64,000 nucleotides of DNA from Eledone cirrhosa. Taxonomy: Eukaryota. Location: NCBI GenBank assembly GCA_964016885.1, contig OZ024748.1, positions 35,030,001 through 35,094,000 on the forward strand. Reading direction: 5' to 3'. The translations under genes and the position numbers were made by a program. Below are positions 45,132-58,811 of the stretch, one piece after another (within the stretch, counting starts at the first letter, position 1; the number at the start of each line of letters is the position of its first letter). The notes beneath the pieces are model-generated. The model had not been told where the DNA came from. It made no database searches and saw nothing but the letters and a program-made list of their open reading frames with translations.

Positions 45132-48100
45132 GCTATTTAACACTCTAGGCCACCACCATGTCTACCTCAGGGACTGCTATTTAACTCTCTAGGCCACCAC
45201 CATGTCTACCCCGGGGACTGCTATTTAACTCTCTAGGCCACCACCATGTCTACCTCAGGGACTGCTATTTAACTCTCTAGGCCACCACCATGTCTACCTC
45301 GGGGACTGCTATTTAACACTCTAGGCCACCACCATGTCTACCTCGGGGACTGCTATTTAACTCTCTAGGCCACCACCATGTCTACCTCGGGGACTGCTAT
45401 TTAACTCTCTAGGCCACCACCATGTCTACCTGGGGGACTGCTATTTAACTCTCTAGGCCACCACCATGTCTACCTCAGAGACTGCTATTTAACTCTCTAG
45501 GCCACCACCATGTCTACCTGGGGGACTGCTATTTAACTCTCTAGGCCACCACCACAATGTCTACCTCGGGGACTGCTATTTAACACTCTAGGCCACCACC
45601 ATGTCTACCTCGGGGACTGCTATTTAACACTCTAGGCCACCACCATGTCTACCTCGGGGACTGCTATTTAACACTCTAGGCCACCACCATGTCTACCTCG
45701 GGGACTGCTATTTAACTCTCTAGGCCACCACCATGTCTACCTCAGAGACTGCTATTTAACTCTCTAGGCCACCACCATGTCTACCTGGGGGACTGCTATT
45801 TAACTCTCTAGGCCACCACTATGTCTACCTCGGGGACTGCTATTTAACTCTCTAGGCCACCACCATGTCTACCTCGGGGACTGCTATTTAACTCTCTAGG
45901 CCACCACCATGTCTACCTCAGGGACTGCTATTTAACTCTCTAGGCCACCACCATGTCTACCTCGTGGACTGCTATTTAACTCTCTAGGCCACCACCACCA
46001 TGTCTACCTGGGGGACTGCTATTTAACTCTCTAGGCCACCACCATGTCTACCTCAGGGACTGCTATTTAACTCTCTAGGCCACCACCATGTCTACCTGGG
46101 GGACTGCTATTTAACTCTCTAGGCCACCACCATGTCTACCTCGGGGACTGCTATTTAACTCTCTAGGCCACCACCATGTCTACCTCAGAGACTGCTATTT
46201 AACTCTCTAGGCCACCACCATGTCTACCTCGGGGACTGCTATTTAACTCTCTAGGCCACCACCATGTCTACCTCGGGGACTGCTATTTAACTCTCTAGGC
46301 CACCACCATGTCTACCTCAGGGACTGCTATTTAACTCTCTAGGCCACCACCATGTCTAGCTCGAGGACTGCGATTTAACTCTCTAGGCCACCACCATGTC
46401 TATCTCGGGGACTGCTATTTAACTCTCTAGGCCACCACCATGTCTACCTGGGGGACTGCTATTTAACTCTCTAGGCCACCACCATGTCTACCTCGGGGAC
46501 TGCTATTTAACTCTCTAGGCCACCACCATGTCTACCTGGGGGACTGCTATTTAACTCTCTAGGCCACCACCATGTCTACCTGGGGGACTGCTATTTAACT
46601 CTCTAGGCCACCACCATGTCTACTTGGGGGACTGCTATTTAACTCTCTAGGCCACCACCATGTCTACCTCAGGGACTGCTATTTAACTCTCTAGGCCACC
46701 ACCATGTCTACCTGGGGGATTGCTATTTAACTCTCTAGGCCACCACCATGTCTACCTCAGGGACTGCTATTTAACTCTCTAGGCCACCACCATGTCTACC
46801 TCGGGGGACTGCTATTTAACTCTTTAGGCCACCACCATGTCTACCTTGGGGACTGCTATTTAACTCTCTAGGCCACCACCATGTCTACCTGGGGGACTGC
46901 TATTTAACTCTCTAGGCCACCACCACAATGTCTACCTCGGGGACTGCTATTTAACACTCTAGGCCACCACCATGTCTACCTCGGGGACTGCTATTTAACT
47001 CTCTAGGCCACCACCATGTCTACCTCGGGGACTGCTATTTAACACTCTAGGCCACCACCATGTCTACCTCGGGGACTGCTATTTAACACTCTAGGCCACC
47101 ACCATGTCTACCTCGGGGACTGCTATTTAACTCTCTAGGCCACCACCATGTCTACCTGGGGGACTGCTATTTAACTCTCTAGGCCACCACTATGTCTACC
47201 TCGGGGACTGCTATTTAACTCTCTAGGCCACCACCATGTCTACCTCGGGGACTGCTATTTAACTCTCTAGGCCACCACCATGTCTACCTCAGGGACTGCT
47301 ATTTAACTCTCTAGGCCACCACCATGTCTACCTCGGGGACTGCTATTTAACTCTCTAGGCCACCACCACCATGTCTACCTGGGGGACTGCTATTTAACTC
47401 TCTAGGCCACCACCATGTCTACCTCAGGGACTGCTATTTAACTCTCTAGGCCACCACCATGTCTACCTGGGGGACTGCTATTTAACTCTCTAGGCCACCA
47501 CCATGTCTACCTCGGGGACTGCTATTTAACTCTCTAGGCCACCACCATGTCTACCTCAGAGACTGCTATTTAACTCTCTAGGCCACCACCATGTCTACCT
47601 GGGGGACTGCTATTTAACTCTCTAGGCCACCACCATGTCTACCTCAGGGACTGCTATTTAACTCTCTAGTCCACCACCATGTCTACCTCAGGGACTGCTA
47701 TTTAACTCTCTAGGCCACCACCATGTCTACCTGGGGGACTGCTATTTAACTCTCTAGGCCACCACCATGTCTACCTCGGGGACTGCTATTTAACACTCTA
47801 GGCCACCACCATGTCTACCTCGGAGACTGCTATTTAACTCTCTAGGCCACCACCATGTCTACCTCGGGGACTGCTATTTAACTCTCTAGGCCACCACCAC
47901 AATGTCTACCTGGGGGACTGCTATTTAACTCTCTAGGCCACCACCATGTCTACCTGGGGGACTGCTATTTAACTCTCTAGGCCACCACCATGTCTACCTC
48001 AGAGACTGCTATTTAACTCTCTAGGCCACCACCATGTCTACCTGGGGGACTGCTATTTAACTCTCTAGGCCACCACCATGTCTACCTTGGGGACTGCTAT

Positions 48101-51100
48101 TTAACACTCTAGGCCACCACCATGTCTACCTCGGAGACTGCTATTTAACTCTCTAGGCCACCACCATGTCTACCTGGGGGACTGCTATTTAACTCTCTAG
48201 GCCACCACCATGTCTACCTCGGGGACTGCTATTTAACTCTCTAGGCCACCACCATGTCTACCTGGGGGGCTGCTATTTAACTCTCTAGGCCACCACCATG
48301 TCTACCCCGGGGACTGCTATTTAACTCTCTAGGCCACCACCATGTCTACCTCAGGGACTGCTATTTAACTCTCTAGGCCACCACCATGTCTACCTCAGGG
48401 ACTGCTATTTAACACTCTAGGCCACCACCATGTCTACCTGGGGGGCTGCTATTTAACTCTCTAGGCCACCACCATGTCTACCCCGGGGACTGCTATTTAA
48501 CTCTCTAGGCCACCACCATGTCTACCCCGGGGACTGCTATTTAACTCTCTAGGCCACCACCATGTCTACCTCAGGGACTGCTATTTAACTCTCTAGGCCA
48601 CCACCATGTCTACCTCAGGGACTGCTATTTAACTCTCTAGGCCACCACCATGTCTACCCCGGGGACTGCTATTTAACTCTCTAGGCCACCACCATGTCTA
48701 CCTCAGGGACTGCTATTTAACTCTCTAGGCCACCACCATGTCTACCTCGGGGACTGCTATTTAACACTCTAGGCCACCACCATGTCTACCTCGGGGACTG
48801 CTATTTAACACTCTAGGCCACCACCATGTCTACCTCGGGGACTGCTATTTAACACTCTAGGCCACCACCATGTCTACCTCGGGGACTGCTATTTAACTCT
48901 CTAGGCCACCACCATGTCTACCTCAGAGACTGCTATTTAACTCTCTAGGCCACCACCATGTCTACCTGGGGGACTGCTATTTAACTCTCTAGGCCACCAC
49001 CATGTCTACCTGGGGGACTGCTATTTAACTCTCTAGGCCACCACCATGTCTACTTGGGGGACTGCTATTTAACTCTCTAGGCCACCACCATGTCTACCTC
49101 AGGGACTGCTATTTAACTCTCTAGGCCACCACCATGTCTACCTGGGGGATTGCTATTTAACTCTCTAGGCCACCACCATGTCTACCTCAGGGACTGCTAT
49201 TTAACTCTCTAGGCCACCACCATGTCTACCTCGGGGGACTGCTATTTAACTCTTTAGGCCACCACCATGTCTACCTGGGGGACTGCTATTTAACTCTCTA
49301 GGCCACCACCACAATGTCTACCTCGGGGACTGCTATTTAACACTCTAGGCCACCACCATGTCTACCTCGGGGACTGCTATTTAACTCTCTAGGCCACCAC
49401 CATGTCTACCTCGGGGACTGCTATTTAACACTCTAGGCCACCACCATGTCTACCTCGGGGACTGCTATTTAACACTCTAGGCCACCACCATGTCTACCTC
49501 GGGGACTGCTATTTAACTCTCTAGGCCACCACCATGTCTACCTCAGAGACTGCTATTTAACTCTCTAGGCCACCACCATGTCTACCTGGGGGACTGCTAT
49601 TTAACTCTCTAGGCCACCACCATGTCTACCTCAGAGACTGCTATTTAACTCTCTAGGCCACCACCACAATGTCTACCTGGGGGACTGCTATTTAACTCTC
49701 TAGGCCACCACCATGTCTACCTGGGGGACTGCTATTTAACTCTCTAGGCCACCACCATGTCTACCTCAGAGACTGCTATTTAACTCTCTAGGCCACCACC
49801 ATGTCTACCTCAGAGACTGCTATTTAACTCTCTAGGCCACCACCATGTCTACCTTGGGGACTGCTATTTAACACTCTAGGCCACCACCATGTCTACCTCG
49901 GAGACTGCTATTTAACTCTCTAGGCCACCACCATGTCTACCTCGGGGACTGCTATTTAACTCTCTAGGCCACCACCATGTCTACCTCGGGGACTGCTATT
50001 TAACTCTCTAGGCCACCACCATGTCTACCTGGGGGGCTGCTATTTAACTCTCTAGGCCACCACCATGTCTACCCCGGGGACTGCTATTTAACTCTCTAGG
50101 CCACCACCTTGTCTACCTCAGGGACTGCTATTTAACTCTCTAGGCCACCGCCATGTCTACCTCAGGGACTGCTATTTAACACTCTAGGCCACCACCATGT
50201 CTACCTGGGGGGCTGCTATTTAACTCTCTAGGCCACCACCATGTCTACCCCGGGGACTGCTATTTAACTCTCTAGGCCACCGCCATGTCTACCCCGGGGA
50301 CTGCTATTTAACTCTCTAGGCCACCACCATGTCTACCTCAGGGACTGCTATTTAACTCTCTAGGCCACCACCATGTCTACCTCAGGGACTGCTATTTAAC
50401 TCTCTAGGCCACCACCATGTCTACCCCGGGGACTGCTATTTAACTCTCTAGGCCACCACCATGTCTACCTCAGGGACTGCTATTTAACTCTCTAGGCCAC
50501 CACCATGTCTACCTCAGGGACTGCTATTTAACTCTCTAGGCCACCACCATGTCTACCTCAGGGACTGCTATTTAACTCTCTAGGCCACCACCATGTCTAC
50601 CTCGGGGACTGCTATTTAACACTCTAGGCCACCACCATGTCTACCTCGGGGACTGCTATTTAACTCTCTAGGCCACCACCATGTCTACCTCGGGGACTGC
50701 TATTTAACTCTCTAGGCCACCACCATGTCTACCTGGTGGACTGCTATTTAACTCTCTAGGCCACCACCATGTCTACCTCGAGGACTGCTATTTAACTCTC
50801 TAGGCCACCACCATGTCTACCTCGGGGACTGCTATTTAACTCTCTAGGCCACCACCATGTCTACCTGGGGGACTGCTATTTAACTCTCTAGGCCACCACC
50901 ATGTCTACCTCGGGGACTGCTATTTAACTCTCTAGGCCACCACCATGTCTACCTCGGGGACTGCTATTTAACTCTCTAGGCCACCACCATGTCTACCTGG
51001 GGGACTGCTATTTAACTCTCTAGGCCACCACCATGTCTACCTGGGGGACTGCTATTTAACTCTCTAGGCCACCGCCATGTCTACCTCAGGACTGCTATTT

Positions 51101-53451
51101 AACTCTCTAGGCCACCACCATGTCTACCTCGGGGGACTGCTATTTAACTCTCTAGGCCACCACCATGTCTACCTCAGGACTGCTATTTAACTCTCTAGGC
51201 CACCACCATGTCTACCTCGGGGACTGCTATTTAACTCTCTAGGCCACCACCATGTCTACCTCAGGGACTGCTATTTAACACTCTAGGCTACCACCATGTC
51301 TACCTCAGGGACTGCTATTTAACTCTCTAGGCCACCACCATGTCTACCTGGGGGACTGCTATTTAACTCTCTAGGCCACCACCACAATGTCTACCTCGGG
51401 GACTGCTATTTAACTCTCTAGGCCACCACCATGTGTACCTCAGGGACTGCTATTTAACTCTCTAGGCCACCACCATGTCTACCTGGGGGACTGCTATTTA
51501 ACTCTCTAGGCCACCACCATGTCTACCTCGGGGACTGCTATTTAACACTCTAGGCCACCACCATGTCTACCTCGGGGACTGCTATTTAACACTCTAGGCC
51601 ACCTCCATGTCTACCCCGGGGACTGCTATTTAACTCTCTAGGCCACCACCATTTCTACCTCAGGGACTGCTATTTAACTCTCTAGGCCACCACCATGTCT
51701 ACCTGGGGGACTGCTATTTAACTCTCTAGGCCACCACCATGTCTACCTCGGGGACTGCTATTTAACACTCTAGGCCACCACCACCATGTCTACCTGGGGG
51801 ACTGCTATTTAACTCTCTAGGCCACCACCATGTCTACCTCAGGGACTGCTATTTAACTCTCTAGGCCACCACCATGTCTACCTCAGGGACTGCTATTTAA
51901 CTCTCTAGGCCACCACCATGTCTACCTGGGGGACTGCTATTTAACTCTCTAGGCCACCACCACAATGTCTACCTCGGGGACTGCTATTTAACTCTCTAGG
52001 CCACCACCATGTCTACCTGGGGGACTGCTATTTAACTCTCTAGACCACCACCACCATGTCTACCTCGGGGACTGCTATTTAACTCTCTAGGCCACCACCA
52101 CCATGTCTACCTGGGGGACTGCTATTTAACTCTCTAGGCCACCACCATGTCTACTTGGGGGACTGCTATTTAACTCTCTAGGCCACCACCATGTCTACCT
52201 CAGGGACTGCTATTTAACTCTCTAGGCCACCACCATGTCTACCTCGGGGACTGCTATTTAACACTCTAGGCCTCCACCATGTCTACCTGGGGGACTGCTA
52301 TTTAAAACTCTAGGCCGCCACCACCATGTCTACCTCAGGGACTGCTATTTAACTCTCTAGGCCACCACCATGTCTACCTGGGGGACTGCTATTTAACTCT
52401 CTAGGCCACCACCATGTCTACCTCGGGGACTGCTATTTAACTCTCTAGGCCACCACCATGTCTACCTCGGGGACTGCGATTTAAATCTCTAGGCCACCAC
52501 CATGTCTACCTCGGGGACTGCTATTTAACAATCTAGGCCACCACCATGTCTACCTCGGGGACTGCTATTTAAAACTCTAGGCCGCCACCACCATGTCTAC
52601 CTCAGGGACTGCTATTTAACTCTCTAGGCCACCACCATGTCTACCTCGGGGACTGCTATTTAACTCTCTAGGCCACCACCATGTCTACCTCGGGGACTGC
52701 TATTTAACACTCTAGGCCACCACCATGTCTACCTCGGGGACTGCGATTTAAATCTCTAGGCCACCACCATGTCTACCTCGGGGACTGCTATTTAACTCTC
52801 TAGGCCACCACCATGTCTACCTCGGGGACTGCTATTTAACACTCTAGGCCACCACCATGTCTACCTCGGGGACTGCTATTTAACTCTCTAGGCCACCACC
52901 ACCATGTCTACCTGGGGGACTGCTATTTAACTCTCTAGGCCACCACCACCATGTCTACCTGGGGGACTGCTATTTAACTCTCTAGGCCACCACCATGTCT
53001 ACCCCGAGGACTGCTATTTAACTCTCTAGGCCACCACCATGTCTACCTCGGGGACTGCTATTTAACTCTCTAGGCCACCACCACCATGTCTACCTCAGCG
53101 ACTGCTATTTAACTCTCTAGGCTACCACCATGTCTACCTGGGGTACTGCTATTTAACTCTGTAGGCCACCACCATGTCTACCTCAGAGACTGCTATTTAA
53201 CTCTCTTGGCCACCACCATGTCTACCTGGGGGACTGCTATTTAACTCTCTAGGCCACCACCATGTCTACCTCAGGGACTGCTATTTAACACTCTAGGCCA
53301 CCACCATGTCTACCTCGGGGACTGCTATTTAACTCTCTAGGCCACCACCATGTCTACCTCAGGGACTGCTATTTAACACTCTAGGCTACCACCATGTCTA
53401 CCTGGAGGACTGCTATTTAACTCTCTAGGCCACCACCATGTCTACCTGGGG
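45132..53451. repeat. Homogeneous 44-bp tandem array GGGGACTGCTATTTAACTCTCTAGGCCACCACCATGTCTACCTC, about 185-190 copies (length/44)
   Basis: Directly visible; variation is concentrated in CTC/CTG/CCC-GGGG/AGGG/AGAG and in the CAC count. Confidence 0.98.
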
Positions 53452-53550
53452 CAGCATTAAATAAACAGTCTTACCCAACAACACACTGCACCACCTGGAA
53501 TCAAACTCATAAGCTTGTGATCAATACCTTCACCTCTAAGCCATATGCTT
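53452..53550 (-). mobile_element. 5' half of a degenerate tRNA-derived SINE running directly into the 44-bp array
   Basis: Minus strand AGCATATGGCTTAGAGGTGAAGG...TGAGTTTGATTCC...TTGGGTAAGACTGTTTATTTAATGCTGC resembles 22228-22345 and 23213-23325. Confidence 0.6.
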
Positions 53551-54554
53551 TTACAGTGTGTGTGTGTATATATATATACACACACACACACACACATTCT
53601 CTCTCTCACACACATCACATATATACATAAAATGTATCAGTGAGTAGTGTGTGAGGCTATGACTAACACAGTAGCACCACTTGATTTTTTAAAAATATAT
53701 TTTTATGTACATTAAATGTGTTTCACAGATAAATATAAACAGGAAAGGATGAGGGTAGTAAGGGAGGACAGATGGGGGTCAAGGAAACAGGCTTTTAACC
53801 CTTTCATTACAATATTTTATATGAAATACACTCTATTTCAAATAATAGGATATACCAAATGATGTCATTATTAAGATGTTGGTTATAACTTAACAAAAGT
53901 GTCTCATCAAATTATGTAATATTTTAATTTAAGTAGAAACCCTTTAACCCTTTAATGTTCAAACCGGCCAGAATTCTCTACCCCTTTCTGTTGAAACTGG
54001 CTGTAACTGGTCGCTCAAACTAAATTTAAGGTATTGTTCTCAAAATAAATGCTTTCAAAATCTCATAGATTCCATAATATGTGAGATATTATGTGAGCTA
54101 AAGCCTTTACCATGAAAATATAATAGTATATATAGAGTAATGTGAATGATAAAGGGTTAAAATGTGGGGTTTTGTTTCATAAAAGCAGAGGTGGTTTGGA
54201 GTGAGCTGGTATTAAACAGGTTCCGTGTAACCATTAAGATCAACTACGCAGCCACTTAGGGCATAGACATGAGGGAGGCCCATTACTGAACCTTAAAGGA
54301 TCACAGTTTTATACTGGTAAGACTAGTGGATTAGCAGAAGTTAGGGCACGGGATAACATGTTTTGTTGTATTTAGTTACATCCCTTCACATTCTGAGTAC
54401 AAATCCTAGCACAGTCAACTTTCCAATCTTAGAACTAATAAAATGAAATAACACTCTGGGATCAATTTAATCAACCATCATCATCATTGTTATCATCAAT
54501 ATCATAATATATCAGTTTCTATAGTGACATGGATTAGAGAGGTTGTCAGTTCTT

Positions 54555-55035
54555 ACTGTTGTTGTTGTGTGTGTGTGGTGTGGTGTGTTGTGTAGTGGTG
54601 GTGGGTTGTGTGGTGGTGTGTTGTTGTGTGTTGTGGTGTGTCATGTAGTGGTGGTGTGTTGTGTAGTGTTGTGTGGTGGTGTGTGTCATGTAGTGGTGTT
54701 GTTATGTTGTGGTGGTGTGGTGTTGTGTAGTGTTGTGGTGTGGTGTGTGTTATGTAGTGGTGTGGTGTGTTGTGGTGGTGTGGTGTTGTAGTGTTGTGTG
54801 GTGTGTAGTGTTGTGTGGTGGTGGTGTGTGGTATTGTGTGGTGATGTGGTGTTGTAGTGTTGTGTGGTGTGTGGTGGTGTATAGTGTTGTGTTATGTTGT
54901 GTGGTGGTGGTGTGTGGTGGTGTGTCTTGTGTTGTGGTGTGTCATGTTGTAGTGGTGTTGTCTTGTGTGGTGATGTGTTGTTGTGTTGTATAGTGTTGTA
55001 GTGGTGTCTTGTGTTGTGGTGTGTTGTGTTATGTT
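54555..55035. repeat. GT-rich degenerate (TGTGG/TGTTG/TGTAG) tract immediately upstream of terminal exon A
   Basis: Directly visible. Confidence 0.92.
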
Positions 55036-55075
55036 TGTTACTTTACTAACCAATCTAGTCGTTTCTTTTTTCTAG

Positions 55076-55150
55076 ATACTGGGTGTTTGGATTACGGTAC
55101 GCTACCGTAACCAGAAAGACCCTAGAGCAAACCCCAATGCGTTTCTTTAA
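55076..55150 (+). CDS. TSPAN13/31: Tetraspanin-13/31-like terminal exon A (proximal)
   Basis: TACTAAC at 55044-55050; tttctttttTCTAG|ATA CTG...CTT TAA; [24 protein letters not shown]. Confidence 0.9.
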   Translation: MLGVWITVRYRNQKDPRANPNAFL

Positions 55151-55314
55151 TGGTTGCACCACTTGTCTTATAGAATTAGGTACAGTAAAGCCCCACTCTA
55201 TTTGCCTCTCCCTTTCTGCCTCCTTATCTTTATACCCTCTCCTTATTTCTCTATTGCTATTCTGTTGCCATGCCAACTATTTTTCTTGCTCCATTTATGC
55301 TTATTCCCATATTT

Positions 55315-55346
<32 letters not shown>

Positions 55347-55350
55347 ATAT

Positions 55351-56774
55351 AAGATCAAAAGATGGTTAAAGGAGTTCCATGTATTTTATTATGCGCATTT
55401 CAAAAACAAACATCATCATGCAATAATATTTGTGTTTTCATCAGATAAAACAGGAGAACATGATATGAAGGCTAAAAAACACTTGTGGATAGTGCAGTTT
55501 TAAATCAACATATGAAAAGTGGTTTTAGATTGATGTGTGATATTGGGAAAAAATATTTTATTTAGAGGGGGGGGGGGGTTGGAAAGGATGAAAAGGGAAG
55601 GAGATGAGAGGGAGAGATGGGTGATAGAGAGAAAGAGATAGTTTTTATAACTGAGAGGAGATAGATTTTTTACATAGAGAGGTTGAAAACCGTTGGAAGA
55701 TACTGTATAAATTAAAAATTTTGAAAATTAACGAAGGGAGGATATGTGCGAGGAAAAAATATTTTATTTAGGGAGGGGGGTATGAAAAAAAGGGGGAGGA
55801 GATGAGAGTGAAGGTGGAGAGGGAGAGATGGGTGATAGAGAGAAAGAGATAGTTTTTATAACTGAGAAAAAGATATATTGTTTTAACATAGAGAGGTTGG
55901 GAACCGTTGGAAGATAATGTATAAATTAAAGGAATTTGAAAATTAACGAAGGGAAATTATGTATGAAGATAGAGAGAAAAAAATAATAATTGTGGATGAA
56001 TATTCTAACGTCAAAAAAAGAAATGTATATATTGTGGCAATTGCAAAATTAACGAAGAGAAAAATTATTAAGGTTTGTGTGTAGAAGGATTTGAGAAAAA
56101 TAATGTGAAGTTAAAGTTTGTATATTGGTTGAATTGATAATATATGCGAATAAAGAGTTAATATGTATTAATAATGAGTTCGTTGATGGGGAGAAAAAAA
56201 TAATAAATTAAGGATGAAATTGAGATTAAAAAGATTTATGATAGAGAGAAAAAATAATAATGATTGCGGATGAATATTGTATATGTTATGATTTTACAAG
56301 GTGAAGATAGAATGAGGGTAATGAGTAAACAAGTATTATAGAGTGTATAATGCCCTTTAAAGTAAGGTAGATGGGTATATTTTAAAGAGGTGTATGTATA
56401 TGTGCCTTTGAGAAAAGATTCTAAATTGATAAAGAATTGAATATTAACTGTATACTTTGTGAAAAGTTCTATGGAATTTATGCAGGCAGATAGAAAACAA
56501 ATCTGTGCGTCTATTTATTATAGAATCTAGGTTAGAGATAATGGTAAATTTTTCATTTAGGCAGAGATTACAGATTTTAGATAGAGAGCTGTTCAAGTAT
56601 GAGGATGCAGAAGAAATCTTCTTCCAAAAGATGGTATATTTAATGTTTTTGTCTTTTAAGGACCATATGAGTTCTGAGAGAGCAGTGTTAGTTCTTTTAA
56701 GTTTGTATTTGAAAGATGAATGATGATTATAGAGACGAGCTTTAAAAGAGGTGGAAGTGGAGCCAAAATGCTGA
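55351..56774 (-). mobile_element. 5'-truncated Penelope-like element (GIY-YIG C-terminal half, ~1.1 kb 3' region, hammerhead)
   Basis: 56444-56770(-): FGSTSTSFKARLYNH...TALSELIW...CNLCLNEK...INRRTDL..CLH, homologous to the endonuclease at ~7200-7500. TA tracts on both sides; internal duplications at ~55540-55960. Confidence 0.85.
55380..55452 (-). ncRNA. Type I hammerhead ribozyme at the PLE 3' end
   Basis: Minus strand: TGTTTTAT-CTGATGA-AAAC-ACAAATATTAT..ATGATGTTTGT-TTTT-GAAA-TGCGCA-T-A-ATAAAATACA. Confidence 0.82.
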
Positions 56775-56813
56775 TATATATATATATAATACATATTATA
56801 TACATTTAACATT

Positions 56814-56847
<34 letters not shown>

Positions 56848-57837
56848 AACCTTTAGAGCACTGCCAACCTGATACATCTTATTCAATAATGTAGCTAAAA
56901 TATATTGTCCTAAAATTGTAAAACTCTTCTATTGTTTTACACAACCTCTGCAATGTAGTCAACAAACAAGCCATATTGTTAGATGGCTTAAATATAAAGC
57001 TAATAATATATTGATATCTTATCTTAATAACAACTCATTGCCTCAGATATTTTAAACTGTTAATTAAGTTATAATTATGGTGGAGGATATGTTAATTATT
57101 TTTCCTGCATCTTGAAATATTTTCAACACAGTATTTTCTTAACCCTTTTTTTTAGTTTGTTTTTATTGCTGCTCTTATATTTACCATCTTTTTTGCTTGT
57201 TACATATTTACATATATCTTTTGCCATTACACACACACACATATTCTTTACTGTTATATATATTGTTTTTGCTGTTAGATTTTTTGTTCTTTTATTTACC
57301 ATTTTTTTTTGCTGTTTGTTTTCTTGTTTTCTGTTTTATTTCTATTTTATGATGTGTTTTTGAGTGTGTTTTTTATATCTATTTATTGCTTTATATGCCT
57401 CATACAACCAACATATATAAGAATGGTCTGTTTTGCATTCCTCATCATTCTTGCCAATTGATCCCTCCCTCCTCATCTCTGTCTCCAGTGGTGTAGCTAA
57501 AGATTTACCAGCTGAACCCTGGAGCAATCCTTCAGTTTACCCTCTTCTCCATGAAAAACATCACATCACACATTGTATGTATGTTTGGACCCGTAACTCC
57601 TGATAGAGTTGTATCTGTTCTCTGTCAATTTGGTGTTAACAACAGTCTATCTTCAGATCTGACCAATGAAACAGTCTTTCTGTTGCTGATAATATCTGTT
57701 GTTCTAACTCTATCAATTTGGTGTCTATCTTAAGTCTGGCCACCTAACCACTTGACCTTACACCTTCACATATGAAAACTGATCAAAAGTGTGTAGACTA
57801 CACCTTGACCCTCCACTAACTACAACCCCACCCACAT

Positions 57838-57893
<56 letters not shown>

Positions 57894-58198
57894 TCTTTAC
57901 TCTGTATTATCTGTCAATAGCTCAACCATAATGCTTCTGTTGTTACTGTTGTTGCTACTGTACCTGTTGCTATTGTTGCTACTGTTACTATTACTGTTGT
58001 TGCTGATGTTGCTACTGTTGCTGTTATTACTGTTGCTACTGCTGCTGCTACTGTTGCTGCTGCTACAGTTGCTGTTGCTGCTACAGTTGCTGTTGATGTT
58101 ACTGCTGCTACTGTTGCTGTTGATATTACTGTTGCTACAGTTGCTATTGCTGTTGATATTACTGTTGCTGCTGCTACAGTTGTTGCTGTTACTGTTGC
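57838..58198. repeat. (TC)n followed by a (CTG/TTG/CTA)n tract
   Basis: Directly visible. Confidence 0.92.
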
Positions 58199-58560
58199 CC
58201 CATTGCATGGTCTCCCATGCTATTTTGTTATTTTCTCTCCACCAGAAGAAAGAAGAGACACTAGATGTGTGTACCAACTCAAAATAAAGGATTAGAGGGG
58301 TATTCAGACTCATTCCACTCTACTTGCCTAAAGATTTGTTTAATTAGGAAATGATAATTATACAAACTGGATCAACTGAAGATTGTTCACATCTTTGTGA
58401 TTGCATGTATGTTAGGGATTGATAAACCTGGGTAAAACTGGGTACTGCTGTTAGTGTATGTGTGGATGGATGGGTATGTATGTGTGTATATATTCACATA
58501 TATTTATATATATATATGTGTGTGTATGTATATATTGATGTATTTATGGATGTATGCATG

Positions 58561-58762
58561 TCATCTTCATCATCTCCGTTTTTACGTCTGTTTTTCCACA
58601 CTTGCATGGGTTGGACAGATTCTCTCCACACACCTCGTTCCTTCCTCATCCCCTCTGTGAGTCTCAGCGATTGGAGATCATCTCTCACCACCTCTGCCCA
58701 GGTCTTTCTTGGTCTACCTCTACTGGGGCCTCCTACCACTTGGGTTTCCTGGCACTTCATCC

Positions 58763-58763
<1 letters not shown>
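58561..58763 (-). mobile_element. Old RTE 3' fragment
   Basis: KCQETQVVGGPSRGRPRKTWAEVVRDDL; related to ~16480-16700. Confidence 0.85.
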
Positions 58764-58806
<43 letters not shown>

Positions 58807-58811
58807 ATATA

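Noticed and set aside
45132-53451. CRISPR-like appearance of the 44-bp array
   Set aside because: Head-to-tail units with no unique spacers, no cas genes, eukaryotic context.
57897-58313. Poly-Leu and poly-Ser/Asn ORFs
   Set aside because: Trinucleotide repeat translations.
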